From the NCBI GenBank assembly GCA_016792645.1, contig JAEUMM010000052.1, positions 1 to 42,996 on the forward strand: DNA of 42,996 bases, given 5' to 3'. Within the stretch, counting starts at the first letter, position 1. Every line of letters begins with the position of its first letter. Shown in pieces: positions 27,891-36,600 of the stretch. This DNA is from Alphaproteobacteria bacterium. GTDB taxonomy: Bacteria > Pseudomonadota > Alphaproteobacteria > Micropepsales > Micropepsaceae. A model generated the notes under the pieces. It saw only the letters and a list, made by a program, of their open reading frames with translations, had not been told where the DNA came from and ran no database searches. The position numbers were made by a program, and so were the translations under genes.

Positions 27891-28885
27891 GCGCGGGTGC
27901 CGACCTTGCTGCCGGCTGCATCGCAAGCCTCGATCCGCTGATCACGATGACAAAGCGCGAGCCGCATTTGCCGATGGGGCTCGCGCCGTCGCGGCCGGAC
28001 CTCTTTGCCGACAAGCCCGGGCTTCACCTCGTCGGTCTCACCTGGACGTGCGAATCAGATTGGCTGACGCGCGAGATCGCGGCCGACTTCGCGCGCGCGG
28101 CGGCGACCCTCCCGCGCGCCACGATCGTCGTCGTTGCCAACACGCAGATGGAGTCGTTCTATCTCTCGCGCGCCGGCATCCCGAACCTGTTCGCGAACGA
28201 GCTCATTTTCACCGACGAACGCCTGTTCACAGTCGTGCCGCGACAGCCGCAGGATCTCGCGCGCTTCGACGCCATTTACGTCGCCCGCCTCGAACCTGAA
28301 AAGCGCCACGAACTCGCGGCCGCGATTCCAAGCCTCGTGCTGACCCACGGGCGACCGCCGCCAGGCGGCGAAGCGCGCGTGCGCCGCACGCTGCCTAAGG
28401 CCCGCTTCGCGAACTTCGAGGGCACGGGCGGAACTTACCGCTACCTCGAAGACGCCGAACTCGTGAGCCTGATGAACCGATCCGCCGTCGGCCTCTGCCT
28501 CTCGGCGATCGAAGGATCGATGCGGGTGTCGATGGAGTACCGCCTCGCCGGCACGCCGGTCGTCTCGACGCGCAGCGTCGGCGGCCGCGACCGCTACTTC
28601 ATGGGCCCCCACATCCGCGTCGTCGACGACGACGCGGATGCCGTCGCCGCCGCCGTGCGCGAGCTGAAGGCGCAACGCTTCGACCGGCAGGCGGTACGTG
28701 AATACGTCGGCCAGCTCGTCGCCTTCGACCGTCAGAGCTTCCTGCTCAACCTGAACAAGCTGATCGAATGGCACCTCGGCGTCCGCGACCGCTTTCGCAC
28801 ATTCGCGCCGTTTATGTCACATCCGGTGGCCTGGCGCAGCGCCGCGCAAATCCTGGCGCCTCTCGCCGCCGCTTCAGCGGGCTGA
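27887..28885 (+). CDS. GT-B/EX7E-like paralogue 5 (subtype B)
   Basis: ATGA overlap. Internal start of ORF 27488..28885 chosen by paralogue alignment (MSAGADLAAGCIASLDPLIT). VGLCLSAIEGSMRVSMEYRLAGTPVVSTRSVGGRDRYF, SRAGIPNLFAN, FDAIYVARLEPEKRHELA. Confidence 0.8.
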   Translation: MSAGADLAAGCIASLDPLITMTKREPHLPMGLAPSRPDLFADKPGLHLVGLTWTCESDWLTREIAADFARAAATLPRATIVVVANTQMESFYLSRAGIPNLFANELIFTDERLFTVVPRQPQDLARFDAIYVARLEPEKRHELAAAIPSLVLTHGRPPPGGEARVRRTLPKARFANFEGTGGTYRYLEDAELVSLMNRSAVGLCLSAIEGSMRVSMEYRLAGTPVVSTRSVGGRDRYFMGPHIRVVDDDADAVAAAVRELKAQRFDRQAVREYVGQLVAFDRQSFLLNLNKLIEWHLGVRDRFRTFAPFMSHPVAWRSAAQILAPLAAASAG

Positions 28886-29893
28886 CAAGTGCTCGTCGGG
28901 CGTGGCGAGGTTCATCAAGAACTGCCGCGTGCAGGCTTCCCAGGAAAAGTTCATGGCGAACAAGCGGCACGCTTGTGGACTGAGCCGCTGCGCGCGCAGC
29001 GCTGCTTGCTGCAAATCCTCGCTCAGCGCGCCCACGGCCGCATTGTCGCCAATGATGTCGATCGGACCTTGCACCGGGTGCGCGGCAACGGGAAGGCCGC
29101 TCGCCAACGCTTCAAGTACGACAAGGCCGAACGTGTCGGTGCGCGAGGGAAACACGAACACGTCGCTCGCGCCGTAGTACCGTGCCAGATCGGCGCCGAA
29201 CTTCGGTCCTGCGAAATGCACGTGCGGATAGCGTGCGCGCAATTCCCCCAGCTGCGGCCCGTCGCCCACCACCAGCTTCGATCCCGGCAGATCCAGCTTC
29301 AAGAATTCCTCGACGCTCTTCTCGATCGCGACGCGCCCCACGTAGAGGAACACCGGCCGCGGTAAATCGAGCCAATCCTTCGCGCCCGGCTTGAACAAAT
29401 CCGTGTCCACGCCGCGCGACCACAGCCGAAGGTTCTTGAAGCCCCGCGTCGTGAGATCGCGCTCGAGTGTTCGCGTCGCCACCATCACCGCGGTCGCCGG
29501 TCCGTGAAACCAGCGCAAGCCCGCGTAAGACCACGCTGTCGGCACACCGAAGCGGGCCTGGATATATTCGGGAAAGCGCGTGTGGAACGACGTTGTGAAC
29601 GAGATCCCGCGCCGCATGCAGTTGCGCCGTGTCGCCAAACCCAGCGGACCTTCTGTCGCGATGTGAATGGCGTCAGGCTTGAACTGATCGATCACCCGTC
29701 CGACCGCACGCCGCGCAAATAACGCAAGCTTGATCTCGGGATAGGTTGGCATCGGCACGGTGCGAAAACCGTCCGGCGTCACGAACTTCACGTCGTGTCC
29801 CAGGCGAACGAGTTGCCTACCCAAGGTCTCGAGCGTGCGCACCACGCCGTTGACCTGCGGCGCCCACGCGTCGGTTGCGATTAAGACCCGCAT
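28874..29893 (-). CDS. GT4 glycosyltransferase (Agt-like glycolipid glycosyltransferase candidate)
   Basis: MRVLIATDAWAPQVNGVVRTLETL..., ...VFVFPSRTDTFGLVVLEALASGLPVAA. Directly downstream of the PlcP-like gene. An ATG at 29992 would give a 33-codon longer form. Confidence 0.85.
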   Translation of the reverse strand: MRVLIATDAWAPQVNGVVRTLETLGRQLVRLGHDVKFVTPDGFRTVPMPTYPEIKLALFARRAVGRVIDQFKPDAIHIATEGPLGLATRRNCMRRGISFTTSFHTRFPEYIQARFGVPTAWSYAGLRWFHGPATAVMVATRTLERDLTTRGFKNLRLWSRGVDTDLFKPGAKDWLDLPRPVFLYVGRVAIEKSVEEFLKLDLPGSKLVVGDGPQLGELRARYPHVHFAGPKFGADLARYYGASDVFVFPSRTDTFGLVVLEALASGLPVAAHPVQGPIDIIGDNAAVGALSEDLQQAALRAQRLSPQACRLFAMNFSWEACTRQFLMNLATPDEHLSAR

Positions 29894-29993
29894 CGGGCGC
29901 CGCCAACGCGGGAATGAAAGCGTCTCATCTGCCTCTTGCAGGCGCTCGTCGACGGGACGCGCCGCCGCCCGCGGCATCGTGCGCGGGGCCATC

Positions 29994-30878
29994 CTACTCG
30001 GCCGCCTGCGGCAGCAAGGCCTGCGGCTGGTGCGTGGGAAGTGCTTGAGTCCACGTCACAATTTGCAGCTTTCCAGCAAAGTCTTCAACCAGCGCCGTAC
30101 AACTCTCGACCCAGTCGCCGTCGTTGCAGTAGAGGATGGAGCCGATCTGCCGCATCTCGGCCTTGTGGATATGGCCGCAAACGACGCCATGCACCTGGCG
30201 CCGCTCCGCTTCAAGCGCCACCGCCTGCTCAAAGCGCCCGATATACTCGACCGCGTTCTTGACGTGATCTTTGAGCCAGCGCGATAGCGACCAATACGGC
30301 ATTCCAAGACGCCGTCGCGTCGCCGCCACGACATCGTTGAGCCGGAGCGCCAGCGCATAGGCCCAATCGCCGGCCAGCGCCAGCCAGCGCGCATATGTCA
30401 CGATCCCGTCGAAATGGTCGCCATGCAGCACCAAGAGCCGGCGCCCGTCAGCCGTCTGATGAATGGCGTCGCCGGCAAGCTCGATGCCCGCAAAGCAAAG
30501 CCCTGCGTAGTCGCGAAACGCCTCATCATGATTGCCGGGAATGTAAATGACGCGCGTGCCCGCTTGCGCTTTGCGCAGGATCTCGTCGATCACCGCGTTG
30601 TGGCTCTTGTGCCAAAACCACGATCGGCTGAGGCGCCAGCCGTCGACGATATCGCCGACGAGATAGAGCATGTCGCAGTCGTTATGGAGGAGGAAGTTCA
30701 GGAGCAACTCGGCCTTGCACCCGCGCGTGCCCAAATGCGTGTCCGAGATCCAGATTGTACGATGCCGCCGAGGCGGTTGTGCCCACGGCCGCGGTGACGG
30801 CGTTCCGCCGGTTTGCTTCCACCGCTCGAAGAATGCGCCCGCATCAGCGATGCGGCCTAATGCGCCCACGCCCGACAT
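29994..30878 (-). CDS. calcineurin-like metallophosphoesterase of the LpxH/PlcP branch (phospholipase C PlcP candidate)
   Basis: IWISDTHLG, YLVGDIVDGW, IPGNHDE, VLHGDHFD, CGHIH. The ORF is open to a TTG at 30956; the ATG at 30878 (MSGVGAL) is preferred. Confidence 0.8.
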   Translation of the reverse strand: MSGVGALGRIADAGAFFERWKQTGGTPSPRPWAQPPRRHRTIWISDTHLGTRGCKAELLLNFLLHNDCDMLYLVGDIVDGWRLSRSWFWHKSHNAVIDEILRKAQAGTRVIYIPGNHDEAFRDYAGLCFAGIELAGDAIHQTADGRRLLVLHGDHFDGIVTYARWLALAGDWAYALALRLNDVVAATRRRLGMPYWSLSRWLKDHVKNAVEYIGRFEQAVALEAERRQVHGVVCGHIHKAEMRQIGSILYCNDGDWVESCTALVEDFAGKLQIVTWTQALPTHQPQALLPQAAE

Positions 30879-31017
30879 TTTGGACCCCCGAAACACGTCA
30901 CGGCGCCGCGCCGCGAATCTGCCGTTTTCCACAGCCACCGGGGTGCCAACAGGCAATGAAACTTTGATGTCGAGGCGATGATTTATTTATGGAAGCCGCC
31001 AACCGTCAAAGCATCGG

Positions 31018-31036
31018 CAAGTAATTTACCAAGTAA
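31018..31036. repeat. direct repeat CAAGTAA-N5-CAAGTAA (12-bp period) upstream of the PlcP-like gene
   Basis: Read directly: 31018-31024 and 31030-31036. This geometry fits a winged-helix response-regulator site, but the sequence is not a canonical Pho box. Confidence 0.3.
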
Positions 31037-31264
31037 AGCCGAGCACCTGCGGAAACCTCACGCAGGGATTCCATCGAGTTCTGCCCCGCCCGCCGCAGCG
31101 AGGGTGCGACCTTCCGCGAACGTAACTTCGGCAGTGCAACAAAACGTGAGAGCAACACTTTCAGGCCATTTAGCCCAGCGCAGCCAAGCGCCGCCCGAAT
31201 CGAAACGCTAGGGAAATCAACAAGATGCGTGCGGGCTGCTGTCCAGGCGCTGAACGTTTAACAC

Positions 31265-31293
31265 TTGATTTATTCCCGCAGCCCGGGCATATT
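31265..31293 (+). promoter_or_regulatory. sigma70-like promoter TTGATT-N17-CATATT
   Basis: -35 at 31265-31270, -10 at 31288-31293. No protein gene lies downstream on this strand before the terminator at 31360-31394. Confidence 0.45.
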
Positions 31294-31298
31294 TGTGC

Positions 31299-31394
31299 AG
31301 CGCAGTAAGGCTTTTGGCTTTGCTCCGCAGCCCTTCCTGGGCGTTTCCTCCCTTAACTTGGGCCGCTTGGCACCCGCCTCGCGGTCCTTTTTTT
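31299..31394 (+). ncRNA. candidate ~95-nt trans-acting sRNA with exposed CCUCCC (anti-SD) motif
   Basis: Bounded by the promoter-like hexamers and an intrinsic terminator. Small hairpins AAGGC-UUUUG-GCUUU and GCCC-UUCCU-GGGC. CCUCCC at 31347-31352 lies in the linker before the terminator stem. The region has no convincing ORF. Confidence 0.45.
31360..31394 (+). terminator. Rho-independent terminator
   Basis: GGGCCGC (31360-31366) pairs with GCGGTCC (31381-31387, one G-U pair). It is followed by seven T (31388-31394). Confidence 0.7.
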
Positions 31395-31403
31395 ATCTGC
31401 AGG

Positions 31404-31952
31404 TCAAAGCGAACGCCACGCGCCCAACGTCGGTGGCGGCGATCCGTCGCCTCCGTTCAGCGCCCGCTGCATGAAAACGATATCGACCCAACGGCCAAGC
31501 TTGAAGCCGACGGCCTTCACAGTGCCTGCGTGCGCGTAGCCCGCCTTCGCGTGCAAGCCGATTGATCCCGCATTCTGCGAGTCTCCGATCACGGCAACGA
31601 CCTGCCGGGCGCCCACCGCCGCGCACCGTTCGACCAAGGGTGCAAGCAACGCCGATCCGACGCCGCAGCCGCGCCGGTCGTCGCGAACATAGACGGAGTC
31701 TTCCAGCGTATAACGATATCCGCTGCGCGGCCTGAACGCCGAGGCATAGGCAAATCCGACAACCGCTTCGCCTTCGACCGCCACAAGCCACGGCAATCCC
31801 ATTCCAACGACCTCGCGCCACTTCGCGCTGTAGTCGCCAAGCGAAGGCGGCACCTCGTCGAAGGTGCCGAAACCGTGCAGCACGTGATGGGAATAGATCG
31901 CGTGAACAGCCGCCAAATCGTTGCCGTTCGCGACGCGAACGGCCGGCGTCAT
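31404..31952 (-). CDS. GNAT N-acetyltransferase, phosphinothricin/amino-acid acetyltransferase (PAT/YncA)-like
   Basis: VRVANGNDLAAVHAIYSHHVLHGFGTFDEVPPS...WLVAVEGEAVVGFAYASAFRPRSGYRYTLEDSVYV...RGCGVGSALL. Start at 31952 forms an ATGA overlap with the upstream gene. Confidence 0.8.
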   Translation of the reverse strand: MTPAVRVANGNDLAAVHAIYSHHVLHGFGTFDEVPPSLGDYSAKWREVVGMGLPWLVAVEGEAVVGFAYASAFRPRSGYRYTLEDSVYVRDDRRGCGVGSALLAPLVERCAAVGARQVVAVIGDSQNAGSIGLHAKAGYAHAGTVKAVGFKLGRWVDIVFMQRALNGGDGSPPPTLGAWRSL

Positions 31953-32869
31953 TGCGCCGCTTGGCTGGACGACAACGCCGAACGCAGGAAACGCCAATCG
32001 ACTTCGCCCAGCGCCCTGGTCAACGTCGTCATCGCGTGCGTCACGCGCTTGATGCCGGCCGACCGCTCAATGCGCTCTTCGTCCATATAAAGCGCGCGAT
32101 TGATCTCGATTTGCAGGGCGTGAAGGCCAAGCGCCGGACGTCCGTAGTGTTCCGTCGAGAACCCGCCGGCGTACGGATTGTTGCGCACCACCGCGAAGCC
32201 TTGCATCGCCAGCGCACGTTCCATCATGTCGGTCAGCCTGCGCGCGCAGGACGTACCAAACCGATCGCCCAGCACGATATCGGGACGCGTCGCGCCGATA
32301 TCTTGATCCAACGGGCCGCCGACGGAGGGCATCGAATGGCAATCCACTAGCACCGAACATCCGAACCGCTTGTGCGTCGACTCCATCAGTCCGCGCAGCG
32401 TCGCATGATAGGGTTTGTAATAGGCGTCGATGCGCGCCTGCACTTCGCTGAAACTGATCTTGCGCGGATAGATCTCGGCGCCGTCGCGCACCACCCGCGC
32501 GATCGTGCCCAGGCCCGCCATCACCCGTGGGCTGCGGCTGTTCACGAACTGCGGCAGCGGCCCGTCGAACATCGCCGGATCCAGTTCGTAAGCTTCACGA
32601 TTAGGGTCAACGAAGGCGCGCGGGAAATGAGCTTTCAGAAGCGGCGCGCCTAGGGCCGGGGCCGCCCCGAAAATCTCGTCGACGAAACTGTCTTCCGACC
32701 GCCGGATAACCGTACCGTCCAGGCGCGTCGCCTGCAGGAAGGACTTGGGGTAAACGCGGCCGGAATGCGGGGAAGCGAACACAAACGGCAGAGTTTGCTC
32801 ACTCGGCGCCACAACCTCAAAAGGGGGATCGATCGCCAATCCCCGCTTTTCACCGCCCGTCAGCCGCAC
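31949..32869 (-). CDS. N-formylglutamate amidohydrolase-family protein
   Basis: 306 aa. LPFVFASPHSGRVYP, FVDPNRE, VLVDCHSMPS are typical of the FGase family. GTG start at 32869 is uncertain. Confidence 0.8.
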   Translation of the reverse strand: MRLTGGEKRGLAIDPPFEVVAPSEQTLPFVFASPHSGRVYPKSFLQATRLDGTVIRRSEDSFVDEIFGAAPALGAPLLKAHFPRAFVDPNREAYELDPAMFDGPLPQFVNSRSPRVMAGLGTIARVVRDGAEIYPRKISFSEVQARIDAYYKPYHATLRGLMESTHKRFGCSVLVDCHSMPSVGGPLDQDIGATRPDIVLGDRFGTSCARRLTDMMERALAMQGFAVVRNNPYAGGFSTEHYGRPALGLHALQIEINRALYMDEERIERSAGIKRVTHAMTTLTRALGEVDWRFLRSALSSSQAAQ

Positions 32870-33069
32870 GATTTAACCTTTGTTTGACACCAAGAGTGGA
32901 GCATCGAAGCCGGACGCGATCAAGACCGCCGTCGCTTGCCGCAGGTTGCAAAAATAACCGAACAACGGCAAAGCCTTGGCTGTTGCAGGGATTCCGCCGT
33001 AAATTCATTCGTACGCGTTGACAGCTGGATTGCGGGCTGTTGCCGTCGAAACCGGGGGCTAAAGGAACC

Positions 33070-33435
33070 ATGGCGAAAATTCTTCTCGCCGAAGACGACG
33101 AATCAATGCGCCGTTTCCTGGCAAGCGCCCTGGAGAAGGCCGGTCACGAAGTCGCATCCTTTTCACAAGGCGATGAGGCGTTTGACTGTCTCCAAGGCAG
33201 CGACGGCTTCGACCTTCTGCTCACCGACATCGTCATGCCGGTGATGGACGGCATCGAGCTCGCGCGCAAGGCGGCCGATGTCGCCCCCAAAATGAAGATC
33301 ATGTTCATCACGGGCTTTGCCGCCGTTGCGCTCAATCCGAAAAGCAACGCGCCGAAAGACGCCAAGGTTCTCTCGAAGCCCTTCCACCTGCGCGACCTCG
33401 TCAACGAGGTCGAACGCTTCATGGCAGCCGCCTGA
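33070..33435 (+). CDS. cpdR: single-domain response regulator CpdR
   Basis: MAKILLAEDDESMRRFLASALEKAGHEV...LLLTDIVMPVMDGIELARKA...IMFITGFAAVALNPKSNAPKDAKVLSKPFHLRDLVNEVERF closely matches my recollection of Caulobacter/Sinorhizobium CpdR. ATG at 33070 after AAAGGAA. Confidence 0.88.
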   Translation: MAKILLAEDDESMRRFLASALEKAGHEVASFSQGDEAFDCLQGSDGFDLLLTDIVMPVMDGIELARKAADVAPKMKIMFITGFAAVALNPKSNAPKDAKVLSKPFHLRDLVNEVERFMAAA

Positions 33436-33545
33436 ACGGCACGCATTCGCCCAGGTTTCCGCCCCTTGTCTTGGGCAAGTCCCACCGCTATAGGGTTGCC
33501 CCCGGCGCGGGTGGGCCTCGGCTCGCCTCGCGCGCGACAAGAAGT

Positions 33546-33620
<75 letters not shown>

Positions 33621-33674
33621 TTTCCTTCAATGACTTAGCCCGCCGCCATTAACGTCATCGTCGTACGTGACGAT

Positions 33675-36600
33675 GTGCGGAGCTATTTGCCCACTAGCCA
33701 TAAGCGGCAAGTCGTGCATTTTGTCACATCTAGTCTGGCCGCCGGAGCGCAGGTGGACGGCATGGTTGTGGACTTGATTGACCGGCAGCGAAGCGGCGGC
33801 GACGGCACGCCCGCAATGGCGACGGTCGTCTTCTTCGACGTCGTCGGATCGACCGAGGCTCTGGCGCGCCTCGAAGACGAGGATTGGCGAGATGCGTTGG
33901 AAGACGCGCGCGATCTGCTCGATCCGCAAATCGACTTCATCATCGATACGGTGCGCGATCTCGGCGGCACCATCGCGCGCGTGCAAGGCGACGGCGTGAT
34001 GGCGGTATTCGGCGCGCCCAAGCCGCTGGAAAGACACGCGGTCAACGCTTGCCTGGCCGCGCTCAAGGTTCGCGATCACTTTCGAGACCGCATGCTTATG
34101 CTGGGTCCGGGGATGTTCGCGGCCATTCGCATCGGCATGCACTTCGGCCGCATCCTGATCCGCAATCGCAAGAATGACATCGGCGGCGTCCTCGACATCG
34201 TCGGTCACGCCGTCCATCGCGCCAAAAAAGTCGAAGCGCTGTGTCCGCCGAATGCGGTTTTGGTCACACGCGAGACGTTGCAGCTGGCCGGCGCCGCGGT
34301 CGACGCCAGACACTGGGAGGCGGGCCTCTTCGAACTCGTCGCCGTGGCGCCGCATCATGATCTGGAACGTCAGTTCCCGGGTGATTTGCTTGAGCCGTTC
34401 GTAGGTCGCGCCGAGATCCTGTCGCGCCTGGTCGCCAACATGGGCGAGGCCTACGCTCACAAAGCCAAGGCGCTCGCATTGGTGGGCGCCGCGGGCCTCG
34501 GCAAAAGCCGCATCCTGTTTGAACTGTCGCGCAAGCTGGAATCGCAAGGCGTGCGCGTCATCGAAATGCGCGGACACGCGGTGCACAGCTTGACGCCGTT
34601 CGCGCCCGTGAAGTCGCTTGTCGCGACGCTCTTGCAGCGCGATGCCGACGATCTGGCCGAGCGTCCGCTGCCGCCCTCGCTGACACAGGGCATCCAAGAA
34701 CTCATGGGTGCGCCGACGGACGATGAGTGGAACAAGCTCGACGCACCCTCGCGCCGCCGCGTTATGATCGAAGCCGCTTGCATGCTGATTGCGCGCGCCG
34801 CGACCAAAGACCCGCTGCTGATCGTCGCCGACGACACTCAGGATTTCGACGCGGAAACGCACGACTTTATTTCGCGCCTAAAGACGTTGGCCGCCGACAC
34901 CCAAATCGCCATCGTCGCAACCGCCCGCACCGCGGCAGCGCTCCCTCCGGCCGTCGACGATATCATCCGCCTCGATCTCTTGAACGAACAGCAGTCCTGG
35001 CAATTCGCGCGCTCGACCGCGGCCGGCGCGCCCATCGAAGAAGCCGATATGGCGCAGGCGATTCGCAATGCGGCGGGCAATCCGCTGTTCCTGCAGTCGC
35101 TGATCCGTCACCTGCGCAGCGGCAAGAAGGGCGGAGCGACGCCGGCCGAATTGGCAAGCCTCGTCCAGTCGCGAATGGATGAACTCAGCGGTCTTTCGAA
35201 GACGGTCTTGTGGGCCGTTGCCGTCCTGCGCGCCAACGTCGCCAAAACCACCCTGGCCGCGACTGTCGATGTCGACGAAGCGGCGCTTGAACCGTTGCTG
35301 GTCGAACTTGAACGCCACGACCTCGTGGCGATCGATGCCGGCGGCGTACGCTTCCGGCATGATCTGTTCCGCGGCGCTGTCGATGCGCTGCTCGTGCGCT
35401 GGCAGCGCAACGAACTGCATCGCCGCGCGCGGCGAGCGCTTGAATCGCAGCCGCAGACGGCCGAGCTGCTCGATCAGTTGACGTACCACGCCGATGAGGC
35501 GGCCGATTTCACCGGCGCGCTTGGATATGTGCTGAAGGCGGTCCAGCTCGCCAAACGCACATCCTCGCTCAAAACGATCCGTGCGCTTTATGACCGCGCG
35601 CAGATGCTCCGGGAGAAGGCGGGCGCCGATGCTGTGCCGGCCTTGTCCGGCGTCACCATCGAAAGCCTCGACGCGCTGCAACAATCGGGCGATCGCGAGG
35701 AATATCGCAAGGCGCTGGAATTCGTCGCCGCATATGCGGCCCGTACCGGCGACCTCCCCAACGAGGGTCTGGCGCGCGCACACTTGGCGCTGCAATGCTG
35801 GATGAACGCTGAGCACGAAGTCGGCCTCGAACACGCCCGCGCGGCGCTTGCGATCGCCGATAAGTTAAACGCTACCGCCGGCCTGGCCCTGCGTGCTCTG
35901 GCCCAACCTCATCTCGCCAACATCGAACATGCGCGGGGCAATCTCGACCGCGCGATCGCGCTGCACCAAGAAATCGTGGCGGCGCTCGAAGGTGAGTATG
36001 AGAAGACGACCCTCGGCCGCATGATCGTCCCCAGCGTGCGTTCCCGCGCCTTCTTGGCTTGGTTCATGATCGACCGCGGCCGTTTCGATGACGCGCAGGC
36101 GCAGATCGCACGCGGCGAGGAAGTGCTGCGCGCGATCGAGCAGCCCTATTCGCGCGTACTGCTCAATGCCGCACGCGGCTATCTGGCTCTGCGCACGGGT
36201 CGCCCGCAAGACGCGATCGCACCGCTGGAACAAGCGCGGACCTTCTGTTTGCAGCAGTTTCTGGTGATGGAGCCGTGCGTTACCGGTTGGCTCGCGAACG
36301 CGTTGGTCGAACGCGGCGACTATCAGCGAGCCGCCGAGGTGGCGACTCATTCGATAAAGTCAAAGCTCTATACCCACGGCGGGCGGTACACCTGGGTGTT
36401 CGTTCACAACGCTCTCGCCGACGCCCTGTTCTTCTGCGGCGACACGCCGAAGAGCATTGAGATGGCCGAAACCGCGCTCTCGATCGCGCGAGAGAGCAAC
36501 GAGCCCATTCAGATCGCCCAAGCCCTGTTCGTTCGTGGTCGCCTCTTCGCCAGGGCTGGCGACCCCGACCGCGGGCTCCCCGATATTCACGCGGCCCAAG

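Noticed and set aside
24833-28774. Long minus-strand ORFs (24833..25753, 25612..26310, 27468..27797, 28055..28774) inside the paralogue array
   Set aside because: Shadow frames rich in Arg/Ala/Asp/Val. The + frames are mutually alignable and coupled by ATGA/TTGA overlaps.
30978-31474. Small + strand ORFs 30978..31211 and 31265..31474 in the PlcP/GNAT intergenic region
   Set aside because: No SD and unprotein-like, Ser/Pro/Ala-rich translations. The second runs through an intrinsic terminator. The region is better explained as regulatory DNA plus a candidate sRNA.
33627-35834. 411-aa and 318-aa minus-strand ORFs antisense to the cyclase-STAND gene
   Set aside because: Arg/Asp/Ala/Gly-rich shadow frames. 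The cyclase, Walker A and Walker B motifs are on the + strand.
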